Below are positions 23,018 through 36,200 of a DNA stretch of 64,000 nt, piece by piece (positions within the stretch are counted from its first letter, which is position 1; each line of letters begins with the position of its first letter). The position numbers and the translations under genes are program-made. Source of the stretch: Podarcis bocagei. Lineage: Eukaryota. Location of the stretch: NCBI GenBank assembly GCA_964188305.1, contig OZ076886.1; one strand, 5' to 3'. The notes under the pieces were generated by a model. That model saw nothing but the letters and a program-made list of their open reading frames with translations, was not told the origin of the DNA and searched no databases.

Positions 23018-24461
23018 TACTCAAAAACCGGTTAGGTGGCAACTTTGGGAAGGGACCTAGACTCTTAAGCATGCATCCTTGCTGCATGGTGGTTGCATTA
23101 AGTTGGGGAAACAGGCTGGTAATTTGGCCTAATGATTCACCAGTAGCCAACTCACAAGTTTTCTTTGATGGAAGTGGAGCAAAGATCTCACAGGAGATCA
23201 TGGCTCCCTGATTACATTGCTCTTGTGAGTTGCCCATTCGCAAGAACAGTTTTCTCCCCAAAGCCAACTGCTAGCATGTAGCCAGACCTTATTGTCTATG
23301 ATACAGTTCAGCACATGAGAGTTTACATGGATCCCATAAGTGAACGCAGGAGGATACGGGAACACTCTTGGAATTGTGACAATACAGCAGCTCATAGCTT
23401 TGCAGCTCTGCAAAACTGGATGCTAAATCAAACTGAGGACAAGGATTTTATCCATCCTGCAGACTGCAGGTTTAGTGCTTGGATGGCTCATTAACTAATA
23501 ATAATGAGTCAGAGAGCTCAGCTCGTGGGCATTGTAAATGATACAGTGTTGGGAGACACCACGAGGATGCAGAATTTCAATGAGGCTGATCTAAGGAATA
23601 CCAATAAAATGCCACAGTTTATCCCTGTGCTGAAGAACTAACAATATAGCCTTAATGAGAACACAGCAGCTTCTGTGCCTCTCTGGCTCAGATCACCAAG
23701 CAACAGAGCCAAAGCCCTTCCTCACCTTAGCTCTTTCTGGCCAATGTTACATACGCAAAGAGCTTAATTTGTGGGCCTAACGTTGCTCTCAGCTATTACA
23801 GTGTGAGGCTTTCTGGCATTTCCCCCTCCAAGAGACGCTGAGCAAATCTCTGATTCCCTGCACCATGCCTGCTGCGTGATGTGACAATATTTATTTAACA
23901 GGTGTTACTTTGTTCCTTACTTTTCATAACTGCAGCCAAAGAGGTCTCAGGCACCTGGTAAGATAGTGGGAAGGAAGGGATAAATAAGAATTAGAAATCT
24001 TACAAGAACTGGAATGTGTCGATCGGTTTTTGAAATGCACATTTTAACCCAAGGACACGGGGGGGGGGTGAGCTTTGGCTACCCAGATGCTGTTTGACAT
24101 CAGTCCCAGTCAATGTGGCCAATGATCATGGGGATCATGGGGATGATGGGAGTTGCTTTAACCAGAATATAACATCATTGATTTTAGCTCTCTGGGTATC
24201 CATCTAAAATGTGGCCATTTATGGTAACCTGGGAGAGCAGGGTTTGGATCTCCACTCAGCCATGAAGCTCACTGGCTGAACTTCGGCCAGTCACCATCAC
24301 TTAGCCTAACCTACGTCACAGGCTTGTTGTGAGGATGAATAGGGCAGGAGAACCATGCACACCACCTTCAGATCCTTGGAATATAAAGATGGTATATAAA
24401 TGTAATAAACACATAAATAATTAAAAAAAATGTTCTGTTGAGATTTAATTTAGACTAATTA

Positions 24462-24895
24462 CCGTATTTTTCGTCCCATAGGACGCTCTGTCCCATAGGA
24501 CGCACCTAGTTTTTTTGGGGGGAAATAAAGGGGGGGAAATTCCCTTTATTCCCCCCCCAAACCAGGTCGAGGAACAGCGGGATGGTGGCGCTGCGCCTCC
24601 CCACTGTCCCCCGAGCTTGTGGGGCTGGCTGATGTCTGCCCGGCGCGAGGGGCGCCCTGCGTGCCGGGCAGCAGGCTGCTATCCGCAGCGTGGGGAGCCC
24701 TGCGGGAACTCCCGCGGGCTCCCCAGGCTTGCGGATAGCTTCCTGAAGCCTGGAGAGCGAGAGGGGTCGGTGCGCACCGACCCCTCTCGCTCTCCAAGCT
24801 TCAGCAAAAGCCTGTATTCGCCCCATAGGACGCACACAGATTTCCCCTTCATTTTTGGAGGGGGAAAAGTGCGTCCTATAGGGCGAAAAATACGG
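24462..24895. mobile_element. TA-targeting MITE with CCGTATTTTTCG termini and a GC-rich core
   Basis: TIR CCGTATTTTTCG(T/C)CC(C/T)ATAGGACGC at both ends; TA TSDs. Confidence 0.85.
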
Positions 24896-25657
24896 TAAGT
24901 GCTGATGCTCCTGCTTTATTTTCTTTTTAACATATAGCTTTCTACACATATGTCAGGTTACTTTCCTTTTAAACATCAATTAAAAAACAACAACCACACT
25001 TGAAGTCTGGTTTCAAAGTTCTGACCTACTTCACAAATATTAACTAAGCTTAGGCATGTGGGGTATTGCTTCCCTTGCTCTGGTTTGCTATCAGAGCAAC
25101 TTGCCAGCCCTTCTTTGGGCACGGACTCCAGAAGTTCATTTTCATAGCTGTCTGTTCCCCATTAATATGACAATAGTACAATAATGTGTGCTATGCCAGA
25201 AATATCTTGCACTCACTTTAGAAGGGCAGCCTAATCATGCTGTGCTAAGATTTATTCCCAGCATTAAAAACGCATTTTCAAGATGCCAATGGTCCTTTTC
25301 AGTGACTGATCTGGAGAACATTGCAGTTGCATTATAATATTTCTCTCTGAGAGTCAGAGGACGTGAGTACAATCATTGGATGGGTTGTGCAATAAGGCAA
25401 GCCATCACTTATATCTGAAAGATACAGGGAATTAGCATCTAATTGAGTAGGATAAACAAAAGGCATAGAAATGAGGAAACAGTTCCACACATTAGCAAGC
25501 TCCTACATGGGAGGCAATTTGCACCTGAATGAATGTAAAGCCTATGGCAGGAAATGTGACACGTGGCCATAATAGACAAGGGTTTTACTGATGTGTGTAT
25601 ACCAATTTGTACAAAGTTCCTCCTGGAGTCTTAGTGCTCCAAATACCCTTGTACCAT

Positions 25658-26040
25658 GTTGTTGTTGTTGTCGTTTAGTCGTGTCTGACTCTTCATGACC
25701 CCATGGACCAGAGCACGCCAGGCACTCCTGTCTTCCACTGCCTCCCGCAATTTGGTCAAACTCATGCCGGTAGCTTCGAGAACACTGTCCAACCATCTCA
25801 TCCTCTGTCGTCCCCTTCTCCTTGTGCCCTCCATCTTTCCCAACATCAGGGTCTTTTCCAGGGAGTCTTCTCTTCTCATGAGGTGGCCAAAGTATTGTAG
25901 CCTCAGCTTCACGATCTGTCCTTCCAGTGAGCACTCAGGGCTGATTTCTTTAAGAATGGAGAGGTTTGATCTTCTTGGGACTCTCAAGAGTCTCCTCCAG
26001 CACCATAATTCAAAAGCATCAATTCTTCGGCGATCAGCCA
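25658..26040 (-). mobile_element. BovB/RTE LINE 3' fragment
   Basis: Minus strand encodes RRIDAFELWCWRRLLRVP...KLRLQYFGHLMRREDSLEKTLMLGKMEGTRRRGRQRMRWLD, with a (CAA)n tail. Confidence 0.92.
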
Positions 26041-29000
26041 TACCATAGCTGTACCATAGCTGGAGCCAAAACCCAGAAGGTGCAAAAGGTCTACTAGGTG
26101 GCAGCATGGGGCTGGATCCGGCCTCCAAGAGAGCAGGCAGACAAGTCTAGTGTAGTAGACAGTTTGACCCTTCAGCAGTAGAAGCCATCAGGAAAAACTA
26201 CTGCTGTAATAGGAAACCAGAGGCAAGCCAAAATCTTATGGAAATCAATGGGCATTAAGCGGACAGTTAATTTTTAAAACTGCTTTGGCTTCAGCAGGGG
26301 TTAACCAATAAAGCATGCTTGTTGTCCCCTGGATTGTGTCCAAAGACAGCAGCCTTGAAATACAGCAGAAACTGGCGTCGCAACTCAGGAACGAGCGAGA
26401 ATTGCAGACACCACTAGAAGGTTCCTTGGCACCCACAGGTCAGCAAGTGATATACAAGCAGCGAAGTGTGAAGGCTGCAGACTGAACCTCTTCAGCTGAA
26501 AGGAAGAAAGAGGTCTAATTTCGATTTCAAAGGGGCTTAATTAGTTAATTTATTTGATGTGAATAATTGATTGAACGCCCTGCCCATTGGCAAGGAGGCA
26601 CCTGAGCGTTCTGTCGTGAAAGACTGCTGTTAGTTAATTAATGATCATGGTCAGGGATCAAAGGAACACTTAGTGCTATAAAAATTTAAAGGAAGAAAGC
26701 GCACCAAGCCACAATGCCCAGCTTCTGACTGCCCTTCTTCAATTTCTCTTCCACTCACTGATATGTCAGGCCTGTGCTGGATGGAATCCAAGTGGCCAAT
26801 CAATCTTTGGAAAAATAGCACAGCTGCAGAGAAGGAGTCTCAGGAGAGCATTGTGCCAGCAGTAGCTACATCTAAAGGCACTGAACCGTCATCACTCTCG
26901 ACAGCTGGAAACATATATAAAAGTATAAATAAGATTCATGAAATAGGGTTCAAGACTTCACGGAACTCCTGTGTTAACATTCTACAGCTGCAGCTGCATG
27001 GTAGCATCTGAAAATGGCTGAAAGTCCAGCTAACTATGGTTTCCCAGAAAGGCTTGCAGCTCGGGAAGAAATTATTATTTTTGTTTATTTGTAGGTTAAC
27101 AACAATCACAATCTTAATACAATGGCCTGTCTTAACATCCAGTGTTTTAGCCTTTCCCCTATGCTTTGAGAAGGCTAGTACTTGAGGGAAAACCCAGATG
27201 CCTGGTGTGTTAATCCAGTTAAACCAGGGATGGCCAATCCAGACTACAACTCCCACAGAGTCTTCTGAGGGTAATTCCCCTACCCAGAGTTCCTCCACAA
27301 ATTCTTTGTCAAGACCCAGAGACTGGACTCCCTAAGACAATGTCTGGGCAGCTTTCAGCACAGCAGCTGAGTTAACAAGAGCCTGTCTGGCCTTCATATA
27401 TCTGCTGAGTCTGTCCTGGCTCCTCCTCAAGCTGAGCTGCTCACAAACTGAGGAGAATCCCTGACTTGAATGCCCAGAGACATGCCAACCTTTGTGCTGA
27501 AATCCATGACAAACCATTGAATTAAGAATTAAGACATACCCTCATTCCATAATCCTGACCTGAGCCAACCACCCCAACTCAGCAATTTGATTTCGGAGCT
27601 GGCAGGGTCTCAGTGTCTGTGTTTCTCTGAAGTCCTGTATTTCAGCGCTCTCTCTCTCTCTCTCTCTCTCTTTATTTCTTTCAGTAGATGTGTCCCTGGC
27701 ACCTAATTAGTGCATGATGATATGCAGAGATTTGTAAAGGCAGAATAGCCGAGATCCTGGCTGAAGGAAACTTTAGGTGACTTCAGGACAGCATTGCCTT
27801 GGGCATCAACCAGGATTGAAATAATTAAGTCCTTCTTGTGCATGTTTTGAAATAGATGACAAGCAAAGATCAAAAAGGTTTTCTTACCATCAGGCTTGCT
27901 TTAGGGTCCTTAACCTTGCTCGTTTACTGAAATGATATTATAAGGAAAAGTAGCAAGCATGGCTATGTCAGGAAAGCCAGCCCATGCAGTGGAAAACAGC
28001 CACTCTTTCCATTGTGGCTTGTCCTGTTCCTCAACAGCAGCACTGATGCTCTGCAGCTGAGAGGGTACCTGCAAAGACAATTGTGTCCTCCTCATTCTCC
28101 ACTTTCCCTATGCACTTCAACCATCACCACTACAAGGCAATCAAGGGAGAGGCCCCTTCCAACTTGCTCTATTGTGATGGCAGAATGACTGCTGGAAAGA
28201 GACCCAGGAGACAGCCTATACACCTGCGCTCAGAAACATATAAACCCATTGCTTTCCTTGGTCACCCTGGGCCTCCTAGTTGTGCATGTGCAGCCTCTAC
28301 AAGGAAAGAGGACACACAGCAAAATGAACCAAGGATCCAACCTGCCATTTATAGTTTACATCAGCCTCCAACCAACCTGGTGCTCTCCAGATAGCTTGTA
28401 CTACAACTTCCATCAGCCACAGCCAACATGGCCATAAAATTTGGAGGCTGATGGGAGTTGTGGTCCAAAACAGCTAGAGGGCGCCAGGTTAGCAGAGGCT
28501 GGTTTACCTCCATCACTAACTCTTAAGGTGGGCACATCTATTAACCACTCTAGTTCCACACCTCTTTTTATAACTTTGGGTAGGTTCTTGAGAGAACTCA
28601 GTTGAAGTTTAAGTGGTAAATTTGGTCATGGCTAGAGGTCTAGCTTTCTCTCCTGCTGCCCCAATCTTTTCTGTGCCCTTTTGTTTTAACTTATTAGAAG
28701 CACACTTCTAGCCTTCTCAGAAGCATTCCACTTTGAATTTAAGTGCCTGCCTGAATTCTCAGCTTCTCTCATGGAAAACCAACAGAGGCATGATGGGATT
28801 GACTTCCATTATGCAATGCTGTTGATGGCAGCAGAGGGGCAGAAACTGGAGTGAGTCGGTGGACATGTAAAGCAGGGACGAATTGAGCATGAGAAAAGAG
28901 GTAGGCAGATGGTATATGATTATTTATATAGTGAAGTGAATTGTCTGTGAGCTAATACTCTGATTATAATAGCACATCCAAACCCCGCAGGGCAATTTAA

Positions 29001-31178
29001 TACTCTTGGACTGAAGCACAGCAGCTGAATAGCAGGTCACAAAACACAAAAGATAACCCAAAATCCCATTCACAAAAATCTGAGAGAGAGAAAAAGGCAG
29101 CATAATTTCAAAAACACATGATTATATCATAATCAAAAATTAAACTTCCAGCAAAAATAGTATAAAATCATTATGATAAAGCATTTGGAATATAAAACTT
29201 TTGAAGAAAACAAGAAACCAGGTTCCATAAATAAACTTACGCTGGAAACCTTGCAGATGTGTGTGGATGCTCATATTTTAAAAACAGACTATAAAAAGCA
29301 GGATTTCACTTCTAGATGGTATCTCTAAAGTGGCTTCATTCCTCCACCATGACAATTTCTCCTGCTGAGAGCAGGAAGAAAAACCCCTTTGAGGTTCTGC
29401 GGGAGAAGGGAACAAAGCAGGGATTACTGGGGAGAGCAAACTAGTGTTTATCTCCCTTTGTAGAAAGAGTGCTGGTTACATGGCCTGCTTTGCCTTGACT
29501 CAGCACAACTCTAACCCATGCTGAGCTCCACAGCTGCCCAGAAGCAGCAGGAGAGTGGAGAAGAATTTCAAACAGGCTGGTGGAAGTGGCTTCCAAGAAA
29601 AGACTGTAAGAGTTAGCAAGGAGGAGCTTTAATTGGATATTCCCTGCGTGTGGGGACTAACAAGCTGTAGTATAGAGACTAACGATGTGGGCTTTGAAAC
29701 TGGCCTTTCTCCAGGCTGGTGGCCTTAGACAAGTCACTGTATCTGTTTCCCATTTGCAATATGATGATCATGATACCTGCTTTCCTTGCAAGGTGGTAGG
29801 AAAAGAGTATTGAGGCAATACATGTGAGGATAAGGCTTTCGGTGGCTACTAGCCACAATGGCTATGTTATTATTCTGTATACCTGTTGCTGGAAATTAGA
29901 AAGGGAAGGGGAGAGTGCTCTTGCACACATGTCCGGCTGCTGGGCTTCCCACAGGCATCTGGTTTGCCAGTGTGGGTACAGGATACTGGCCTAGATGGGT
30001 CATTGGCCTGATCCAGCCTGGCTCTTTGTACGTTCTTAAGATGGAATGTATTTTTGCATGCTGTTAGGGCAAATTGCATGCAAAACAGAGCATACCAGGA
30101 AATGCTGTGCTTGAAGATGCTGATGGATTTTTGTGAGGAGACCATTTCTCCTCCTGCTGGGGAAACGTCGTGAATTGAGCTTAAAACTGGAAAAATGTGG
30201 AGTCAAGAGAATACAAACTGACAGATCAAGTCATTCCTAATATCATGTGGACATATATAAAGGGGACCAAATGCCATCAAAGCAATATCCAGGTGTGATG
30301 AAGGGTCTGGCAAAATGTGAGAGGAGAAAAATAATATAGATCACCCTTGTGAGGTCATTAATAAAAGACTTGACTGGATCCCTAGATCCAGAGTGCAGGG
30401 CTAAAAACACTACCCAGTAAGAGAACCCCAGCAGAGTTTAAAAGTCACAAAAGCAAACAGCAGTATAGTATGGGTATATAGGCCATTATACCCTTTTGAT
30501 ATCTTGTCTAGTCTGTTTACAGCACTTCCCCATTTCTACCCTTCCTGCAGTGAACAGAGCACACCATTGGTAAGCTTAAAAGCAGTAACTCCAATTGTAA
30601 ATATATACAGTGGGACACACCAGGCAAGCTAGAGATGGGGAAGGAGAGGTTGGTGTAGGAAATACTCACGGGGTCACAAATGGGAAATTCAGAGTGTGGA
30701 GATATGTCTGATCAAGAGATATGGGAAGTCACCGAAAAATAAGAATAGTACACATGATGTTCTTATGATGTATTATGTGAAAATCTAATACAGTCATACA
30801 TCTAGTTACGTTTGCTTCATGATACATTTTTTCAGGTTGTGTCCTGTGGTGACCCGGAAGTACCGGAAAGGGTTACTTCCGGGCTTCTCCACTCGCGCAT
30901 GTGCAGATGTGCAAAATGATATCACGCGCATGCTCAGAAGTGGCGAATCGTGACCTGTGCGTGCGCAGAACACATCTCATTCAAAACCAGAGGTACCATT
31001 GTAATAAATATTATAAAAAAGGAAGTACTCACAGGGTAACAGAGGATGGCAAGGGGATGGAGGATCAGTGCCTAGGAACCAGAGATGCAGGACCCATCAC
31101 CAGAGCCAGAGGGGCCCTTGTCTCCATGAACATGGTGGGCTCTGAGACGTAAGGAGCAGTCAGAAGGATGCTCTAGGA

Positions 31179-31314
31179 CAGGCACCCCCAACCTGTGGCC
31201 CTCCAGATGTTTTGTCCTACAACTCCCATGATCCCTCGCTAACAGGACCAGTGGTCAGGTATGATGAGAATTGTAGTCCAAAACATCTGGAGGGCCCAAG
31301 GTTGGGGATGCCTG
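31179..31314. mobile_element. Short palindromic hAT MITE
   Basis: CAGGCACCCCCAACC ... GGTTGGGGATGCCTG with long internal inverted arms; degenerate TSD CTCTAGGA/CTCTCAGA. Confidence 0.7.
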
Positions 31315-33046
31315 CTCTCAGAGGCTGAGGCAGGCAAGGGCCACAGGTGGGGCTTGCCAGCTCTGGGAGGAGGGGTGTGATTCCTCAGCTGGAGTAGGCT
31401 CAGAACAGGTGAGGGTCACATCAAGCCCAGGTGCTGCAATCAGCATGCAAAGCACAAAAGGGAAGCAGAGCTGAGGTGATGTGTCTGCTCAACTGCCCGT
31501 GCATGTTGGAAAAGGTAGATGGATTTATTTATTTTTTGCAGAAATTACTTCTTTGCACAAATAATCATGCCTTGGTTAGTTGGAAATGGCAAAAAAAAAG
31601 AGGACCTGCAAAAAAAAAAAGTTCCTATTAACTTTAAAATGTTTGAAGAGGAACATTTCAGGCTGCAATAGTAAGGCATGCTTGGACAGACCTTTTAAGA
31701 AAAACGGGAAAGTTGTTTTAGAACGTAATTAGAATGCAAGACTGAGTTGCACATTTGTCTCTCCCACCCACCCACACCTTAAACAGAATCCACTGTGACA
31801 TTTGGGAGCCCACTGGCTTCTGCTGCACGCTGCCTTCCTCCAGCAGGTGTTGGTTATGCTGTCACATTTGATTAGCGTGGTGAGGATGAAAAGTCACATC
31901 ATGCAAGACAACATTTTGCTGTTGTCAGGGTAAGGAGAAGCAACCTTTACAAGTTTGGGTGTATTTTTTTAAAAAATGCAGAACATTTCTCCTTATTCAG
32001 ATAGTTTAGGAGACATGAAATGTATTTGGATTGAAGGGGCACACAGATAAAAGGATTCTGATGCCAAAGAAATAGGGGTCCTGCCCAAATCACCTTCTTT
32101 TCATATGGTCCCTCTTCCCTGCATTATTTTCCGCTATTATTTCCCCCTGTAAGAACCTAATAAGAGCCCCGCTGAAGCAGACCAATGGTCCATCAGACCC
32201 TGTTCTCAGTTTCCAGCCAAATGTGTAAGGGAAGTCCACAATCAGAGATTTGCTCTTTCCCCATTGGTGCTCCCAAACAACTGATATTCAGACGCATACC
32301 ACCTATGATGCTGGAGGTAGTATATTTCCATCATGGCAAGAAGCCTCATCTTCCATAAAATCAATTTTAAAGCTGTGCAAGCTGACAACTATTACTGCAT
32401 GTGGCATGACTCCTTTCTTTTTGAAATTCATTGACTGCACATTGTTGACCTTTCTGTTGCTACAAATTTCCCTGTATCATGCAGAATTAGGTACTCCAAA
32501 ATGTCTCGGAATCGATTGGCTTAGGTGAGGTTCACTGTGCATGTGTCAGGATGTAAAATGTCCAGAACCTTGTTTTCTTTAAAAAGGGATGTGTGTGTGT
32601 TGAAATAAGTCACTGCAGCAACAACATTTAAGCGTAAACAGTGACAGTCTTTGTAAAGTGAATAACAAAGAGGTTGACTATTTCCCAAGAAGTCAAATTT
32701 CACAACTGGTTTCCAGATTCTGTGCACTGGGAACAGGTCCATGAGGGATTGATGACCTTAATCATGTCCTCCTTGTGAGATTCCCGCAGCAGGTCATGTG
32801 AGACTCCCTATGGGTAGAGGCAGTTTTAGGGCAGCACAACCAGTTTGGCCGCACTGGCTGCTGCACTGCAGGGGGCACCACAACAATGCTGTAGAATGGA
32901 ACATGAGAGGCCGGGTGGCGGGTAAATTTTAGTGTCTCAGAGGGTGCTGCTGAAATTGGAGAGCCCAACATCCACAACTGCTATGGGAGACAGAATGCGG
33001 GACAAGGTGGCCTGATTCAGCAAAACAGTTCTTATTTTCTTAAATA

Positions 33047-33272
33047 CAGTGGTACCTCGGGTTAAGAACTTAATTCGTTCTGGAGGTCTGTTCTTAACCT
33101 GAAACTGTTCTTAACCTGAGGTACCACTTTAGGTAATGGGGCCTCCCACTGCTGCTGTGCCGCCGCAGCACGATTTCTGTTCTCATCCTGAACCAAAGTT
33201 CTTAACCCAAGGTACTATTTCTGGGTTAGCGGAGTCTGTAACCTGAAGCGTCTGTAACCCGAGGTACCACTG
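33047..33272. mobile_element. Tc1/mariner-type MITE (CAGTGGTACCTC family)
   Basis: TIRs and TA TSDs; near-identical to the 7615 copy. Confidence 0.85.
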
Positions 33273-36200
33273 TATGCATGATTGTGCTCTGAGGTGAAGC
33301 ATCCAATTCTCAGATTAGTAGTCACAGACCCAGTTCGCACATAATACTAAGCCAAATGATGGCTTGCTGTAATGTGCAAGCACCCAGGCTCCTGCACAAG
33401 CAGGCAGGATCTTTTGCTCCTCCCCTGCTTCTGCTGCCACAGAGCTTCTATAAGCTTCCTATAAGGCTTTGCATTTTGTCTCAACCCAGGCTTGTGGTGC
33501 ATTTCCTTCAGACGAACCATGAGCAGAAACACTGGCTGCAGTTTGGGGCTTGTCTGGAGCGGCATAAACCATGAGCCCTGGTTGGGATGACACACTAAGT
33601 CAAACCATATCTAAGCTCGCAGCAGCAGGACTGGAAGAGGAGCAAAGCAGCTATGACCTCCTCTTCAGGAGCTTGAATACCTGCGCATTTGCGCTGGTTT
33701 GGCTTATCGTTATGTGCAACACAGGTAATTGTCCCTGGAAGATGCTCAGCAAAATGTACCCCACTTTTGGAATTTGCCCATTAAGATGTGTTGACTTCCC
33801 CATAAATATTCCATGGGTACAAATAAAATTGATAAAACAAGTAACAGCAAAAACACCCAACCACACCCCATGCTGTGTCATTCCGAAAACTAGTGTAAAA
33901 GAAGCAGCTAGTTTGTGGCAACAATGAGAGAAAACTGACTAGAATTACAGAATGTTCCTCTCAGCAGTGGCTAAGAACCAAGAGTCAAAGTAGTGGCAAC
34001 AGAAGAAGTGGGTTGGCTTCTGCTTTGTGGAATGAGGTGACATGATGACTTATGGAGACGTATTTGTCAAACCCTAAATGTATGGCACCAGAGGAGCTCA
34101 CTTTTTCAGTGATTGCCTTGTAGGGTACAGTGCTGACTCCTGAGTGGTTCTCACTTTGGAAATGCTTTCAGAATCTAGAAAGGCACTAACTGTGAAGGGC
34201 CACAACTGGGGTCTAATGATATTTTCCATCTCAGGGACAATTCATCTAGAAAATGGTTATTCCACAGGTTCCAGACATTTGTTGAGGTACAAACCCAAAA
34301 GTTTCCGAATTATGACATAGATTAAGAGATTTTACCGAACTCAGCTTCTGCTTGCTCACTTGTTTTCCCCCTACCTGCTTCACAGCTTCTCTTCTCTGCA
34401 ACCGATATATCCTTTACAAGGTACGTAACTGAAAGATTTAAAAAACCCCACATCTGCCCCTGCTGGTCACGGAAATGGAAAAACAGCACAGCTATGTGGC
34501 TTAAAATATATGGATCCTCCAAAATTTCAGATTGACTTAAAAATAATAATCTTTTAACTATGCTGCTATAAGCAATTACTGTTAATCAGGTCTTTTGGGA
34601 CTGACTGAAAGACTGGATAGTTAGACTCTTCTGATTACAGTAAGCTCTCCAAAACCCATCAGAGGAGAGAGGGGGATGACATAAATGGAAATGGGACTTA
34701 GAACAGGAGGATTAATTGGCTAATAAGCACTCATGAATTGTGTGGGTGGCAAGGTTAAATTCCCAGACTCTTCGAGTGAAGTGAGAGAGAAGAGTTATGT
34801 CACTTGCAGAGGCTGCTGAGAGTGAAAAAGAGAAGGGCATTTTGTAGGTGATTTTGCTCTTCAAATTTCTAGCAATCAGTCAGCTTTTCATTTTGCAAAA
34901 TGAGATGGGCATGCAGAGTTCAATTTTAGCTTAAAATGAGTGCCTTTGAAAGGGGGCTAATACCAACAGTGTTTATGTTGGTGGCTGCTTGCAGAATTAT
35001 ATCTCAAACTGGGAAAACCACTGAACTTTATATACTGAATTATTGGTACAGTGAGCAGTGGCCAGTAGGAATGGCAGAAAAAAATTACTTGCCAGCTTAA
35101 ATCAGCTAAAGGCAAAACTAAAAATATTTGATTTTTATATGTAGTTCAGAATGATTTTATTTAATATACAAATTGAGGACACGTGTGGCAACATTTATCA
35201 AAGCCTTCCCTCATGTTATCGAAAAGTACAAATCGTAATGTTATGATGAAGTATGTGGAAAATCTCCCAAGTTCCTAGTGAATCTTACACATATGACTGC
35301 CTACATGGAAAGGGGAAAATGTTAAATGCATTACCGTCTGTAATTGTAGAAGGTAATTACAATAATTTCAGAACTCTGCTTATTTTGTTTCTTTTGGTGT
35401 TGATTGTTTTTGTATCTTGGAAATAAAGAGGAAAAAGAAAGAGGTTTGAAAATAGGCTCCTAATATTTATTTAGTTCTTAAATGTAGTGTGTCTACCACT
35501 TATTTGTGAGGAAGACCCTTTGAACTTAATGGGCTATATATCTAAGTAGACAGCTTCTGTTTTCTATGCAAAAGCTGATGTTGTTTCCTTTTATATAACA
35601 GAACAAAGTAGGAGAAACAGTTGGTTATATTTTTACCACAAGTATGCTTTCTGCCATGCTAGGTATTTCCAATGCTGCTTTCCAACAGAATAGCCAAAAC
35701 CTCAGCATTTTTGTGTGGAAGTTACAATGTCTGCATATTTTTGTGCAAGCAGTGAAGTTTGTCTGAAATCACTGCTAAGCACATTTGCAAAGCTAAGCAG
35801 GGTCTGGTATGGCTTCAAATTGGATGAGGGACCCTGTGTTGAGATTCCTGCATTGGAGGGAGTTGGACTAGATGACCCTTGGAGTCCTTTCCAGCACTAT
35901 GATTCCCATAGCGTATCTATTTGTATGATAACTTATCAGTTTGGAATCACCTCCTCAGACATTTCAGAGTTGGTTTACAATATATTTCTTGATAATAATT
36001 GGAAGCAGTCCAATGAAAACTAGAGTGAAAACAGCAGCCGTAAAACACAAAACCTTTTAGCACACAAAGTTAAAAGACTGAGGAAATGAAACATTTTTTG
36101 ACTGAAAGTGGAAGGACTTAAGAGTTGGTGCCAAGTGCTAAAGCTTCTGTAAAGAGCTTTAGCAAGCTTGGGTCTGCACCAGAGGATTTCTTTCTGGGAC

